Source: Eledone cirrhosa (Eukaryota). From it: 64,000 nucleotides of DNA. How positions within the stretch are numbered: the stretch's first letter is position 1; each line of letters starts with the position of its first letter. The stretch is taken from positions 313,906,001-313,970,000 of the forward strand of contig OZ024742.1 of NCBI GenBank assembly GCA_964016885.1, written 5' to 3'. The notes under the pieces are model-generated. The model made no database searches and was not told where the DNA came from. It was given only the letters and a program-made list of their open reading frames with translations. This document shows, piece after piece, positions 27,101 through 40,639 of the stretch. The position numbers were made by a program, and so were the translations under genes.

Positions 27101-27666
27101 CTAAAAAATAAAGAAATATATCTATCTAAACAATAATGTTTAATAGTAACAGGATTTAATATTTTCACCCAACATCCAGTCCACTCATCTCCCATTCCGT
27201 CCTTTTTATTCAATCACAAGAAAGCCATATATCCATATATTCTTACAAAAGTGCACGGCATGCAATTTAATTAATTTTCAATAACTATTATGCTTTCTGT
27301 AGCTTAAGTTAACACAGAAAATATAGAATACATAATTATTATGGAAGTCCGTTATCCCCCCCCCCTCTCTCTCTCTCTCCCTCTCTCTCTCTCTCTCACT
27401 CTCTCTCTTTATATATATATATAACAAAAATTAAATAAAAAACATGAATGGAATAGCAACATCACAACTTACAATTAAGGACAAAAAGAAAACACACACA
27501 CATAGAACAAACAACTAACTAGTAACGTGTAAATAAACAAATAAATAAACAAATAAAACACACACACAGACACCTGGATGAAACACAAGCGCAAACTAAG
27601 CACACAAACACAAGATGGCGTAGGAGAGAACAACGGCGAGGCACAAAACAAAGAAAAGAATCCCCA

Positions 27667-27709
27667 GTCACTGATGAGGTCACAGAATGCGTGACGAAAG
27701 AACTTTGAC
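27667..27709 (+). ncRNA. Minimal type I hammerhead ribozyme in a PLE-like 3' remnant (about 27470-27730)
   Basis: GTCA-CTGATGA-G-GTCAC-AGAATGC-GTGAC-GAA-AGAACT-T-TGAC: intact core, 4-bp stem I, 5-bp stem II. Confidence 0.8.
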
Positions 27710-27772
27710 AATATATGAACAACACCGGAAATTTATAAATTTAAAAAAAAAAAATTTAAATTTATAATTTAA

Positions 27773-29307
27773 TCTCTATATATAAAACTGTGGTTGTCTG
27801 TCTGTCTATCGATTTTTGGCACATATCTCCTCTTAGAATCTCTCACGGAATTGCACCGAAATTGCTATACTTGTACATTGAGCCCTAGCGAAGACACCGG
27901 AAAAAAAAATTTCAAATTGACCCACCCTATCTGACGAAATCGAATATAATGTATCGATTTTTGAGCGTAAGTTATCAGTTATTTCCCTTTGTTCTGTTTA
28001 CATTGAGCGTCTGCGTGCAAAAATAAAAAAAATTACGCTGGCTTTCTCAGCGAAGCCTTTTAAAATAATATTTTTACTTGAAAACAAGTCTATTTAAAGA
28101 CTACGTAAAACAAGCAAATATTTCGTAAAAAAAAAAGCAAAAATTATATAAGTTTATTTAAAATATATGTATCTGTAAATTTCGTTAGGCGTGCAGACAG
28201 ACAGTCGTGCAGACAGATAGTCGTGCAGAGAGGTGATATACGCGTGCAGACAGACAGTCGTGCAGAGAGGTGATATAGGCGTGCAGACAGACAGTCGTGC
28301 AGAGAGGTGATATAGGTGTGCAGACAGACAGTCGTGCAGAGAGGTGATATAGGCGTGCAGACAGACATCTATATATATAAAACTGTGGTTGTCTGTCTGT
28401 CTATCGATTTTTGGCACACATCTCCTCTTAGAATCTCTCACGGAATTGCACCGAAATTGCTATACTTGTACATTGAGCCCTAGCGAAGACATCGGAAAAA
28501 AAAAATTTCAAATTGACCCACCCTATGTGACGAAATCGAATATAATGTATCGATTTTTGAGCGTAAGTTATCAGTTATTTCCCTTTGTTCTGTTTACATT
28601 GAGCGTCTTACGTAAAAAATTACGCTGGCTTTCTCAGAGTTTAAAATGACATAGCAAAATATTGACCTGCAAAATTCATCAGTTCGAACACTAAGCTTCC
28701 GTTTTGCTTCATTTCCATTTAAAAGCATTTTAAAACAATATTTTTACTTGAAAACAAGTCTATTTAAAGACTACGTAAAACAAGCAAATATTTCGTCGTT
28801 AGGCGTGCAGACAGACAGTCGTGCAGAGAGGTGATATACGCGTGCAGACAGATAGTCGTGCAGAGAGGTGATATAGGCGTGCAGACAGACAGTCGTGCAG
28901 AGAGGTGATATAGGCGTGCAGACAGACAGTCGTGCAGAGAGGTGATATAGGCGTGCAGACAGACAGTCGTGCAGAGAGGTGATATAGGCGTGCAGACAGA
29001 CATAACTGATAATTTGGTTACGCTAATGTTTTTCTCTGCGTTGCAGTGTTTACATTTTCGATCTTTGTTAATAAATAACCAGTGCAGTTTCTATCCCCAG
29101 CATCCTCTTTTGTTATAACATTGGGGTTATCGTTATGTTTTCTTAACTTCATAAGGCATATTGTTGGTTGAGGGAATATTAATCAAAAACACCACATGCA
29201 AGTCTGCACAGTAGACACTACAGTTTTTAAGCCAAGAAAGAAACTTAACATTGTAACTTTAACACAGCTACTGAGCGACCCCGAGCAACGCCGGGCTTTA
29301 CTGCTAG
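27773..29307 (+). mobile_element. Non-autonomous Helitron with duplicated 5' part
   Basis: 5' TCTATATATAAAA starts at about 27775 and 28368; 3' hairpin CCCG-AGCAACGC-CGGG then CTAG|T at 29307; A|T target, no TSD. Confidence 0.85.
28187..29002. repeat. 37-bp minisatellite in two blocks (28187-28367, 28801-29002)
   Basis: Unit GTGCAGACAGACAGTCGTGCAGAGAGGTGATATAGGC, about 4.5 and 5.5 copies. Confidence 0.95.
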
Positions 29308-29365
29308 TTTATAATAAATTGAAGTGCGTGTGTTTCTTATTGGCAACATGACCATCCCAAAGTAT

Positions 29366-29459
<94 letters not shown>

Positions 29460-29460
<1 letters not shown>

Positions 29461-30290
29461 ACCTGCGAGCGACAAACAGACAATGGCGGGACGCTGTGCA
29501 ACTGGCTGCTGACCGAACGCGGTGGAACACTATGATTGCCTCATGCGTTGCAAGACGCGGGAGCTTCTGAATCTGAGTCTGATATATATATATATCTCAA
29601 GCTGTGGCACGCAGCCCAGGCTTTGCTCTTCCTCTCAACCACATCATCTTCCGTATTCCCAATCTTTGCTCCCAAATACAGGAAGTCTCCAACCAATTCT
29701 AGCGGCTTCCCGCCTACATTAGTGATCCCATCTGGCTTCTCAACATTCTATACCAGATATTTTGTTTTAGTCTCATTCATTCTCAGCTCCACACTCATCG
29801 ACACAGTCTCAACCTCCTGCATCAACTCCTCTGCCTCCTTCACTGTATTTATCACCAAAAATCCCCCTCTTCATTGTTGTAGTGGAGTCTGAGACTTGGA
29901 CACTGACCAAGAAACTCACTCAGATGGTGGATGGGTGCTACACAAGAATACCGAGGATGGCTCTGAACATTAATCAGTATACACTGAGGATGAAAAACTC
30001 AGAGCTGTATGGGAGCCTCCCAAAAGTCAGCTTAAAAGTGACACAGAGGAGATTGAGGTTAGCTGGACATGCTCATCGACATCCAGAGTTGACATAGCAC
30101 TCAGTGCTCCTGTGGGAGCCCCTGCATGGACGCACTGGTAGATGAAGACCAAGGTTAACGTATGTTGATGCTCTAAGGACAGACACTGGTCTGTTGGTGA
30201 CGCAGGACATGGCAGCGATAATGAAGGACAGAGACCGCTGGAGAGAACTCGTCCATGGATCTCTGGAATTTTACTCGTCCTAGAATAGAA
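29460..30290 (+). mobile_element. RTE LINE 3' fragment with inverted 5' portion
   Basis: Plus 29883-30290: SETWTLTK..DGCYTR..RMALN..RRLRLAGH..LLWEP..DR..W with (TAGAA) tail; minus 29460-29860: NTVKEAEELMQEVE..MNETKTKY..DFLYLG..KSKAWAAC. Confidence 0.85.
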
Positions 30291-30296
30291 TATATG

Positions 30297-30349
<53 letters not shown>

Positions 30350-30355
<6 letters not shown>

Positions 30356-31225
30356 ACAGGGAGAAAGAGACGATTATGAGGAAGAAAAATATATTTTTTT
30401 CCGTTTTTATTTCTCACTTTTTTCTGGGTTAGAAAATGATTAAAACGAAATGTTTTACTTTGTGTGAAGTGTTAAGGTATTAGTTGATTTATTTATTATT
30501 TAACAATGGAATTTATTTATTTATTTATATATTTAATTATTGTCTATTACCGGTTTCAGCATTTATATGCATTATCAAATGATAGTGAAATGTATTAGTG
30601 TGGTGTCGCACATGTAAAACAGAAGGTGCAGAAAGAATTATGTTATTTACAAACAAGGTTTAAGAAGTGAAAAGAAAAAAGAAAAAGGAAAAAAAAAACG
30701 TGCATAATGTGGAACGTAAAAAGTTAATGTGGAAGAAAAAATAATGTTATTTACAAGCACAGTCATTGAAGTTAAGCAGATCAAAATGTATTAATATAGC
30801 AAGAGTGCTTAGTTGAACCATGGTTCCGTGATGGAGGCAAATGGTGGACTGAAGTTTGATATGATTTCCCTTTTTAGAGAGTTAATATGCAGGGGGAAGC
30901 AATTCTTGCAGGGTGATATTTAATTTATTTAAGAAAAAGGATTAGGTAGGGTGTGAGGGAGGTAACCCTTGTAAATGTTTGATGGTTTGTTGCAGTTTTA
31001 GATTGGTCCGATTTTTAGAGCATTGAGTAGTGGTTGAAATTTATAAATGAAATGTGTTTCCTTATTGGTACGTTGGAAGAAAGTAGCGTTGTCTATGAAT
31101 TTGTAAATGGGGAAAATTTTAAAGTTTGGATGTTGGTTGAGAGCACAATGTGCGATATGTTCACTAAATGCAATCTTTCTGTATTTCTGTATTTTAATTT
31201 GCATAGTATGTATGTATATATACAT
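30350..31225 (-). mobile_element. PLE 3' fragment: GIY-YIG C-terminus, 3' UTR and degenerate HHR
   Basis: ORF 30998-31225 FSEHIAHC..FKIFPIYK..QR..KETHFIYKFQPLLN; minus TTGATAA-TGCATATAAATGCT-GAA-ACCGGT-A at about 30548-30580; ends in (TA)n. Confidence 0.8.
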
Positions 31226-31448
31226 TTAATTAGAAAATGAACAACACAAAATATAACTACTCCAATGCCAAGGTTTCTGGATCCCAGACAATAATAATAT
31301 ACGTCTGGATCGGTCGTTAGACAGAGATGTTAAGGATAAAAAATATCTGTATGAAGACCGATCCAGACGTATATTATTATTGTCTGGGATCCAGAAACCT
31401 TTGGTAACGGAGTAGTTATATTTTGTGTTGTTCACTTTCTAATTAAAT
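31224..31448. repeat. Fold-back palindrome (about 92-bp arms) containing a degenerate HHR
   Basis: Arms 31224-31315/31356-31448; plus TCTGT-ATGAAGA-..GATCCAGAC/GTCTGGGATC..-GAA-ACCTTTGGT-A-ACGGA. Confidence 0.75.
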
Positions 31449-31521
31449 AGCACTCTACACATAGAGCACTCTTTTTTCCTTTGCTTTTCCTTCGGAATTA
31501 CCTAACACACACACATACACA

Positions 31522-31559
<38 letters not shown>

Positions 31560-31705
31560 CCTATCTACCTATCTATATATATATAAATATATATATATTG
31601 TAAGTAAGTAAATAAAGTACTGAATACATTGCAGAGAATAACAGTTTTAATATAGAAGAGCTTCTACAAGACTAGAACTGTTTCATTCGTGAGAAATCGA
31701 CAGGA

Positions 31706-31887
<182 letters not shown>

Positions 31888-32462
31888 TATCCCTGAATTT
31901 GTGTGGTGCCAACCTTAACCGTTGTTGCTCTATGATTAATAGGGACAACATAATCTGAATGAATTAGATTGACTCAATATCAGAGCTATATAATACATTA
32001 TAAAGAAAGAAGAAACATTAGAGATAAATAAAAAAATATATATACCAATATTCTTCAAACATCCTAGAGATGCAGTATTTTTGTGAGGTTTGTCAATTTA
32101 TCAAGAGAATACCTCATTACAGTTTCAAAACACGTCCGCAAGGCGTGAGAGAGAATCACGGAAAGGCGGAGGGGGGGGGGGATTTATCACGTGATACAGC
32201 GGTCAAGAAACATATATATATCTGGATGGTTACAGATTAACGAAACAGCAGATGATTTTTACTCTAATACAAAACAATAACAAAATCCTTTTTACTCTCA
32301 TGATAAATTCAAGGGGAGTGAAAATTGAAGTCAACCACATTTCCTGTGTATTCGGATTGACTTCTAAAGTCTAACGAGCCGTAAGAAAGTATGAATGGTT
32401 GAAGATTGAATTGGCCAATAGAATTTGCAGAAGTGATCTATACCCAGCGTGCAAAAATAACG

Positions 32463-32527
<65 letters not shown>

Positions 32528-32545
32528 CACACACACACACACACC

Positions 32546-32590
<45 letters not shown>

Positions 32591-32591
32591 A

Positions 32592-33005
32592 TACGATACT
32601 TGTCCCAAAAGTAAGGGTCCTGAAGTTTTATTTAAATGCGTATTAGACGTACATGAAATTACAAGCTATCTCCTTCAGAATACCTTTGGGAAGCCACAGT
32701 AGTTCCAATGATTTTTCCATTTCTGTAATGTCATTAGCTCGTCGGTTACTATTTTTTGTACGTTTTCAACTTCTATTTCAACTTAATGAAGAGCTAGAAA
32801 TCATAAAGAGCTAGATCTGGACTGTAGGAAGGATATGAAGGGTGGGAATATTTTTCTTCGCCATGAATTCATTAACTGAATGTGCTGTGTCAGCAGACTT
32901 GTTGTTTAAGTGCAGTAACCAATCTCCTGCACTGTCCTTTCGAACTTGCTGGACCTGTTTTCGAAGATGTTCCAAGACATCTTTCTAGAATGTGCGATTA
33001 ACTGT
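32592..33005 (-). mobile_element. Mariner-like end and degraded transposase C-terminus
   Basis: TA-TACGA...CCCAAAAGTAAG TIR-like start; minus-strand remnants resembling HPxYSPDLA. Confidence 0.5.
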
Positions 33006-33419
33006 CTGTCTGTATGTATGTATGTCTGTCTGTCTGTATGTATGTAGTTACCGATGATGTTGATCTTTTCTTCTTTTCGGGTTATAGCTACTGTCGCTCA
33101 GAGAGTGGGATTGGCTCAGTGCACAGTCTTTCCTCACAGTAAAAAACATCTTGCACAGGCATTGCACGATAGAATTAATTAACAATTACTAATAATGGTA
33201 TATCGTGCAATGGCCATACTCGATAACGAGGGGGAAGCCATCATGTATGTATATATATATATATAATGTATGTATGTAGGCCTGGAGAGGGATGGGCTCC
33301 GTCAGGTTTAAAACCCCCTACGACTCTATCACGACTTATGAGACCATAATACATGTATGGTGGTGGTGTTGGTGGTGGTGATGGTGGTGGTGGTAGTAGT
33401 AGTGATGGTGGTGGTGGTA

Positions 33420-33460
<41 letters not shown>

Positions 33461-36400
33461 TGTCACCCACTATCGTTGATAGCGAGTGACAACTGTCGAT
33501 ATGACACGCTGTTCTCCACTGAATTCTGTCTTCAGATGTTATGATTCTGCTCTAGATGGGGACCCCCTATTCAATCTGCGTCATACTGTGCCATACTGCG
33601 CCATACTGCGTCACACTGCTTCATACTGCGCTCGATTGTTGAATCTCAAAACTAAAGAAATTAAAGAAACCCCAGGCGGTCTGAGTTAGTGTTTCTATGG
33701 AGCAGATGTCATTACATAGGAACGACTCTGCAAAATTATGTAACATGTTTTACCGCAATGCTACTTGTTCGTATTGATATCTGATTTGGAAGTGTGTAAC
33801 GTTCTAGTCTTAAAGTTTTGGACACTGCTATCTGCAAGGAGGCCGTACGGTGCTATATCTAAAATAGTTTATGTTCAAAGCTGTATTCAATTTAACTTTA
33901 ATCCATCAAATTACGGACCAAGAGAAACAGTATACTGACGGGCTAAATATCATGTTTTGTCGCAATACTGCTTGTTCAAATCTATTTATGGTTTAATACG
34001 TGTGTAACACTCTATACTTGTAGTTTTGGACATTGCTATCTACAAGGGAGCCGCAACTGGAGATTCGTCATTTATTCTCCCAGACTGATAAAATAAGTAC
34101 AAATCATGTTGTGGAGTTCATAAATCAAATATATCACAACCCTATAATTTTATGATATTGCACTAATGTGGTATGGTCCCGTTCACTCCTAGTGGAGTCG
34201 TAGGGACACCGTAGTAGCATACGGTGTTTCTTGAGCATTTCACACCTGGTGGAGCCCATCCCATGTCTGGATACAGCATATTTCTTCCAGAGAAGGATAG
34301 AAAGGGAAAGAGAGGAAGTGAGAAAGCGATATAGAGGAAGAATCGACCCACTACTAGACTGGTACTTTTTTATCTACCTCGAAAGGATGAAAGGCAAAGT
34401 TAATCTCAACGGGATTTGAACTGAGAGAGGACATAGCAAGAACAAACACGGTTCCAATGACTCTGCTAATTCGCCGCCTATGCACTAATGTTAGAAATCC
34501 TATAACAAAAGAAACAAAAAAAAATCGACACACTTCATACGATTTAGAACAGCAGTCCATAAAAAACAATAATTACATTAAGTTTGCTACAATGTTGATT
34601 TGAGAGCATTTCGTATTATAAGGCCAACTGATAGAGTTGTTAGAACGTCGGATACAATGCGTTGCGGTCTTAGATTCAGCTATCTGCACTTTGAGTGCAA
34701 ATCCTGCCGAGGTTAAATTTACTTTACATCTTTTCGAGGTTGGTAGATGAAGTACCAATCCAGTATTGGTCGTTTCTCTTTCTCTCTTTATTTAATTCCA
34801 CCACTTTCGCTCTTTTTCTGTTTGCCTCTCTGGAATAAATCTGATCTGGAGAAGTATGAGCTCCACCATGTTTAACATGATAACAAGTATATCGGCTTAG
34901 TACTTGAGACCCCATAACGATGAAAAGAAAGATGACCTCAGCAGGATTTGAACTCAAACTGCAAAGAGCTGAGTCTACATACAGAAAGGCATTACTTCTA
35001 ACGCTCTAGCAGATTTGTCAATCCAGCGTCTTAAAAGAAACATATTAACTATGTCTATGACACCAGCAGAAGGGAGGGAAGTGGAGCTGGGCGGATGAAT
35101 TTAATTCATTTTACGTTATATCTCAAAATGTTTTTTGAAAGTGTTCTGTATTGAAAATAATTAGTAGAGGACGGTATTTTGACAAGAAATAAAATTGAAG
35201 TAAATTTAAACCAGAAACTTTTAAGCGAGATAATAGAATCAACAGACTTGTCAGAACAATCCTGATTATTATTACAACACTAGCGACAATAACAACGACT
35301 CTCCCTATCAATATTCATACTTTTACTAACAACAGCAACAACATTCATAAAGAATAACAAGATAACAATAATAACAACACCATTCACAAACATCAGAACC
35401 AAAACAAAGGAGTCCATTCCGTCATTAAATTGTGTTTCTTCTATAACTTCTATAACTTCTCTAACTTGGGTTAGAATGCTGTTATCACCATATAACTTTT
35501 GAGAGTGAACCGTTATCAATTTCTTCTTCTTCTTCTTCTTCTTCTTCTTCTTCTTCTTCTTCTTCTTCTTCTTCTTCTCCCCCCCCCCCCACCCTCCTCC
35601 TCCTCCTCCTCCTCCTCCTCCTCCTCCTCCAGCACCAGCACTACCACCAACCACACAATTCTACCCTTGTTCTACTCGCCTCTGTCAGGCTTCCATCCAT
35701 TCAGTTCCATTAGTTAATATATTGCTTCACCACAACTGATATATGTGGTTGTTATTCAATAACCAACTATGTTGAGATACGGAGTTTGTAAATCTTAAGA
35801 ACTATAAATGTAACCAAAAGAAGTAATATAAAAAATAAAAAAAATACAATTCTCCACTACTCCCTCTAACAACAACGATAGTTTCTGATTTAGGCACAAG
35901 ACAAACAATTTTGGACAAGAATTTGATTAAATCGACCCCAGTACATTACTGGTACTTTATTTCATAGAAATTAACTATGAATTAAGTATGAAATTAATTA
36001 TGAAAACTACCATGACTTGGCTGGTGAATGATTCTTTTCAACCTGGCGTTGGAGCTTGTACTATATTTCCACGATCCTTTGCGACCAATGCAAACTACGC
36101 AAACACTTCCTGCGAATGTTTCGAAACGTCATTAGCCTTATAAAGCCTTTAAGAAGGCTATTGTTCCAAACCAAACATGCAGAACATTAAAAATGTTCTT
36201 GATAAAAAATAATAAAACTTGAACACATTCCTTCTTTTCATGCAACATAAGTTGATTAGTTCTGCATGTTTGGTTTGGAACAATAGCCTTCTTAAATTTA
36301 TAAGGCTAATGACGTTTCGAAACAGTCGCAGGAAGTGTCATTTCTGGGATGTGTCATTTCTTTCTTTGTCAAACCATGTAAATCTCCATAGACGAAATCC

Positions 36401-36568
36401 AGCATAGACTGCAAAGATACTTGCTCACTTGTCATATACAGCTGACATTTTCTTAGGTTTTCTCCATGCGAAAGTTCGTGTAAAATATCATACTAAAAAT
36501 ATTTACATAAGGATTTAGTTTTTTATATCTACAAGTATAGTAGCCGTTTTTTATATCTACAAGTATAG

Positions 36569-38296
36569 TAGCCGTTTCGACGGCTAATTCTGGACTAAAT
36601 GAACATTTTTTTTAATCCTGGTATTTGAATAGCCGAGCTTCTCAGGGGGTAATTCCATATATGGTAAAAGTGATTGTCACAAGGATTGGTCAAAAGTTTG
36701 TTGTTGAGACATAATAATTCTATCATGGCAATTTGTGGAGGGAAGGGGTAGCTGAACCTGCCAGTAGAAGAAAGAGGGAGAGGGGGTGGAGGAAACCCAG
36801 TCGTGCGTTGATAGTGCCAACTACAGCTGAGCAGGAGGTCAATGAAGATACTAGGAGGGGGGGGGGGGGGGAGGAAGTCGAAACAATAAGTAAAACAATA
36901 TGGGGTAAATATATAGAAAAATACCAGGAGCGTTAAAAAACAATTAAATGTAAAAAAAAAACAATTTCTGGTTACTATAACCTAAGGACAGCTATCAAGT
37001 CTCTCACTGGTACTGCTAGACTAAAGAAAGGTTTACTAGGTGGGACGGAATTATAATGAGACCCTTTTAAGAGGTATAAGTAAAACAACCGAATATATCT
37101 TACGGTGACGTGTCAACAAGTGGGGGGGGGGGGGCAAAATACTGAAGAAACTACCACGAAATAATAATTCAGAGTCCCGAGACCAGTACGAAATAAAGGT
37201 TTCTACCCCAGGCACTAGGCCAGCAACCACCCAGTGCTAAAAAAAATAAACTAATACGAAATAATAATTCAGAATCCCGAAAAGGAATACTAATACTATC
37301 TCTAAGGGTGCCGCCACGATACAAAAATTCTAGTGCAAACTACATAAATGCTCGTACGAAGTATATGTAAAATTTGATACGGAAAATTAATTCACAATCC
37401 CCCCCCCCCCCCCCCAAAAAAAAATACTGATATACGAGAAATTAAAGCAAAGATACCACTAAGAAATATAGAAAGCACGGAAAAGGGGCAGCCATTGGAT
37501 AAGAAGGCAAGTATCCAGGGTCTAACACATCTGCTATAAAAAGCGGAGTCGGCCAAATCTATCATAGAATAGGGGAAGGAGGTGGGGGGTACTGAGGCTA
37601 CAAAGGACCGAGGGGCTGCCTCGGGTGGGCGAGAAAGTTTCTTCAGTATTTTGGCCCCCCCACTTGTTGACCCGTCACCGTAAGATATATTCGGTTGTTT
37701 ACTTATACCTCTTAAAAGGGTCTCATTATAATTCCTTCCCACCTAGTAAACCTTTCTTTAGTCTAGCAGTACCAGTGAGAGACTTGATAGCTGTCCTTAG
37801 AAATTGTTTTTTTTTACATTTAATTGTTTTTTAAAACTCCCGGTATTTTTCTATATATTTACCCCATATTGTTTTACTTATTGTTTCGACTTCTTCCCCC
37901 TCCCCCCTAGTATCTTCTTTGACCTCCTGCTCAGCTGTAGTTGGCACTATCAACGCACGACTGGGTTTCCTCCACCCCCTCTCCCTCTTTCTTCTACTGG
38001 CAGGTTCAGCTACCCCTTCCCTCCACAAATTGCCATGATAGAATTATGTGTCTCAACAACAAACTTTTGACCAATCCTTGTGACAATCACTTTTACCATA
38101 TATGGAATTACCCCCTGAGCAGCTCGGCTATTCAAATACCAGGATAAACATTTTCATTTAGTCCAGAATTAACCGTCGAAACGGCTTGAGCTCAGCCGTC
38201 GGGGTCCTACTCGTTCCTATTACCCACTCTACTACCCTAAGTATTGAGTACTTTGGTGCGTTATGGTCCACTTGGTTCCTTACCACATTTCCTTCG

Positions 38297-38300
<4 letters not shown>
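36569..38300 (+). mobile_element. Fold-back family A, long copy (about 570-bp arms, 36569-37152/37637-38186)
   Basis: Long inverted repeat around a ~480-bp spacer; HHR fold ACCCC-CTGAGCA...GAA-ACGGC..GCCGT-C-GGGGT at 38110-38205; family A tail into (TA)n. Confidence 0.85.
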
Positions 38301-38385
<85 letters not shown>

Positions 38386-38458
38386 TACATACATATACAT
38401 ACATATATACATACATACATATATACATATACATATATATACATATATATATATATAC

Positions 38459-38523
<65 letters not shown>

Positions 38524-38641
38524 CATACATACATATATATACATACATATATACATACATATGTATATATATATGTGTATGTATATATGTATGTATATAT
38601 ATATATGTATGTATATATATATATGTATATATGTATGTATA

Positions 38642-38716
<75 letters not shown>

Positions 38717-38717
38717 T

Positions 38718-38749
<32 letters not shown>

Positions 38750-38794
38750 TATACATACATATATACATATATATATACATACATATATACATAC

Positions 38795-38879
<85 letters not shown>

Positions 38880-39303
38880 CATATATATATGATGATGACC
38901 CATTAGCCTTTGTCAAGGCAGAATTCTAGGAGAAGGAAAACTCTGATATAACACCTGCAACCCTGATGGTATCCAATGATGTTGACTTGTTCTTCTTTTT
39001 GGTAAATATCATCTTGGTTAAGAGAGTGAGACTGGCTTTGTGCAGTGCCTTTGCCCACTATAAAAGCTTCACGGCACAGGCATTGCTTTATATCTGGAGA
39101 TCTCTCTGCACTTGTCGTCACATGGTACCATGGGCCCAGCACTATGTGTCAATAATTGTCACAAGTGTAGTGTTTTTACCAGAGTTTTCAAGTCGCTGGC
39201 TGGACTAAAAATCACACTCGTTCAGCGAATAGGTATGGGTTCTCCTACATGGATATACAGTAGTGGCCGCACTCGAAAACGAGTTTGCAACCACCATATA
39301 TAC

Positions 39304-39456
<153 letters not shown>

Positions 39457-39504
39457 CTTGTATGTATATGTATGTATGAATGTATGTATGTATGTATGTA
39501 TATG

Positions 39505-39547
<43 letters not shown>

Positions 39548-40639
39548 ATATATCGCAAATATACTTGTAGAAATAAAAAACTAAATCCTTATGTAAATAT
39601 TTTTAGTATGATATTTTACACGAATTTTCGCATGGGCAAAACCTAAGAAAATTTCAACTGTATATGACAAGTGAGCAAGTATCTTTGCAGTCTATGGTGG
39701 ATTTCGTCTATGGAGGTTTACATGGTTTGACAAAGAAAGAAATGACACATCCCAGTGAGATTTGAACTAAGATCCAACAGGCGTCAAATAGGATCCTGTA
39801 AACTATTATTGGCTGGTTTTATAAAAACACCTGCAATTACTTTCACCGAATTCCGCATTAAGTAAATTGACAATTGAACGGTTAACTCTCCAATAAGCAA
39901 ACTAATGTAATTATAGAAAACCTTGGATAATCTAAAGAAATAAATGACATCATTGAATGTGTACAGTTCATTAACGTTACGCTGGCCACACTGCTCGCCA
40001 AGACAGTGAATTACATAAGCGGCTTCGAAAACATCCGAAAATGGCGCCGGTCCAGGTAGAAGCAGTAAATAGGAAAGAAATGTAAGTTGAGGTAAGACTG
40101 AACGAAGCGGATCTAAATAGACGTTGTTGCCTAGATCGACCATTAGCGTGATACATGAATACTGACATACATACATGCATACATACATACATACATACAT
40201 GTTTACTTACATGCATGCATATATACATACGTACTTGCGTGTATACATACATATATACAAACACATATACATATATATGTATATATATAGAGGAAAGGTG
40301 AAATAAAAACATACATTCATTGATACATACGGGCATACATATATATTTACATAATCACACCATCTCCTCTTATCATTCGCTGCCTTTCACTCACTATATA
40401 TAAATACACACGCATACACACTCACACACATATATATATATATGTATATACATACATATATGCGTGGGTATGTATGTATATATATATATATGTATGAGAG
40501 TATTGAAGTTTGCTTGAAGCATTGTGGAATAATAAGGTAAATTTCTTTAAGTCGTTTGGAAGCCTCGACAATGCAAATGGGTAAATCTCCGGGTAACAAG
40601 ATCCGGTGGTGGAGAGAGAGATGTAAGTGGGTGTACGTT

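Noticed and set aside
28187-29002. 37-bp repeat resembling a CRISPR array
   Set aside because: Contiguous units without unique spacers, no cas genes, eukaryotic context, inside a Helitron
37941-38147. Peptides IELCVSTTNF and DNHFY..PLS faintly resembling PLE RT motif B
   Set aside because: Split across frames and too short to call
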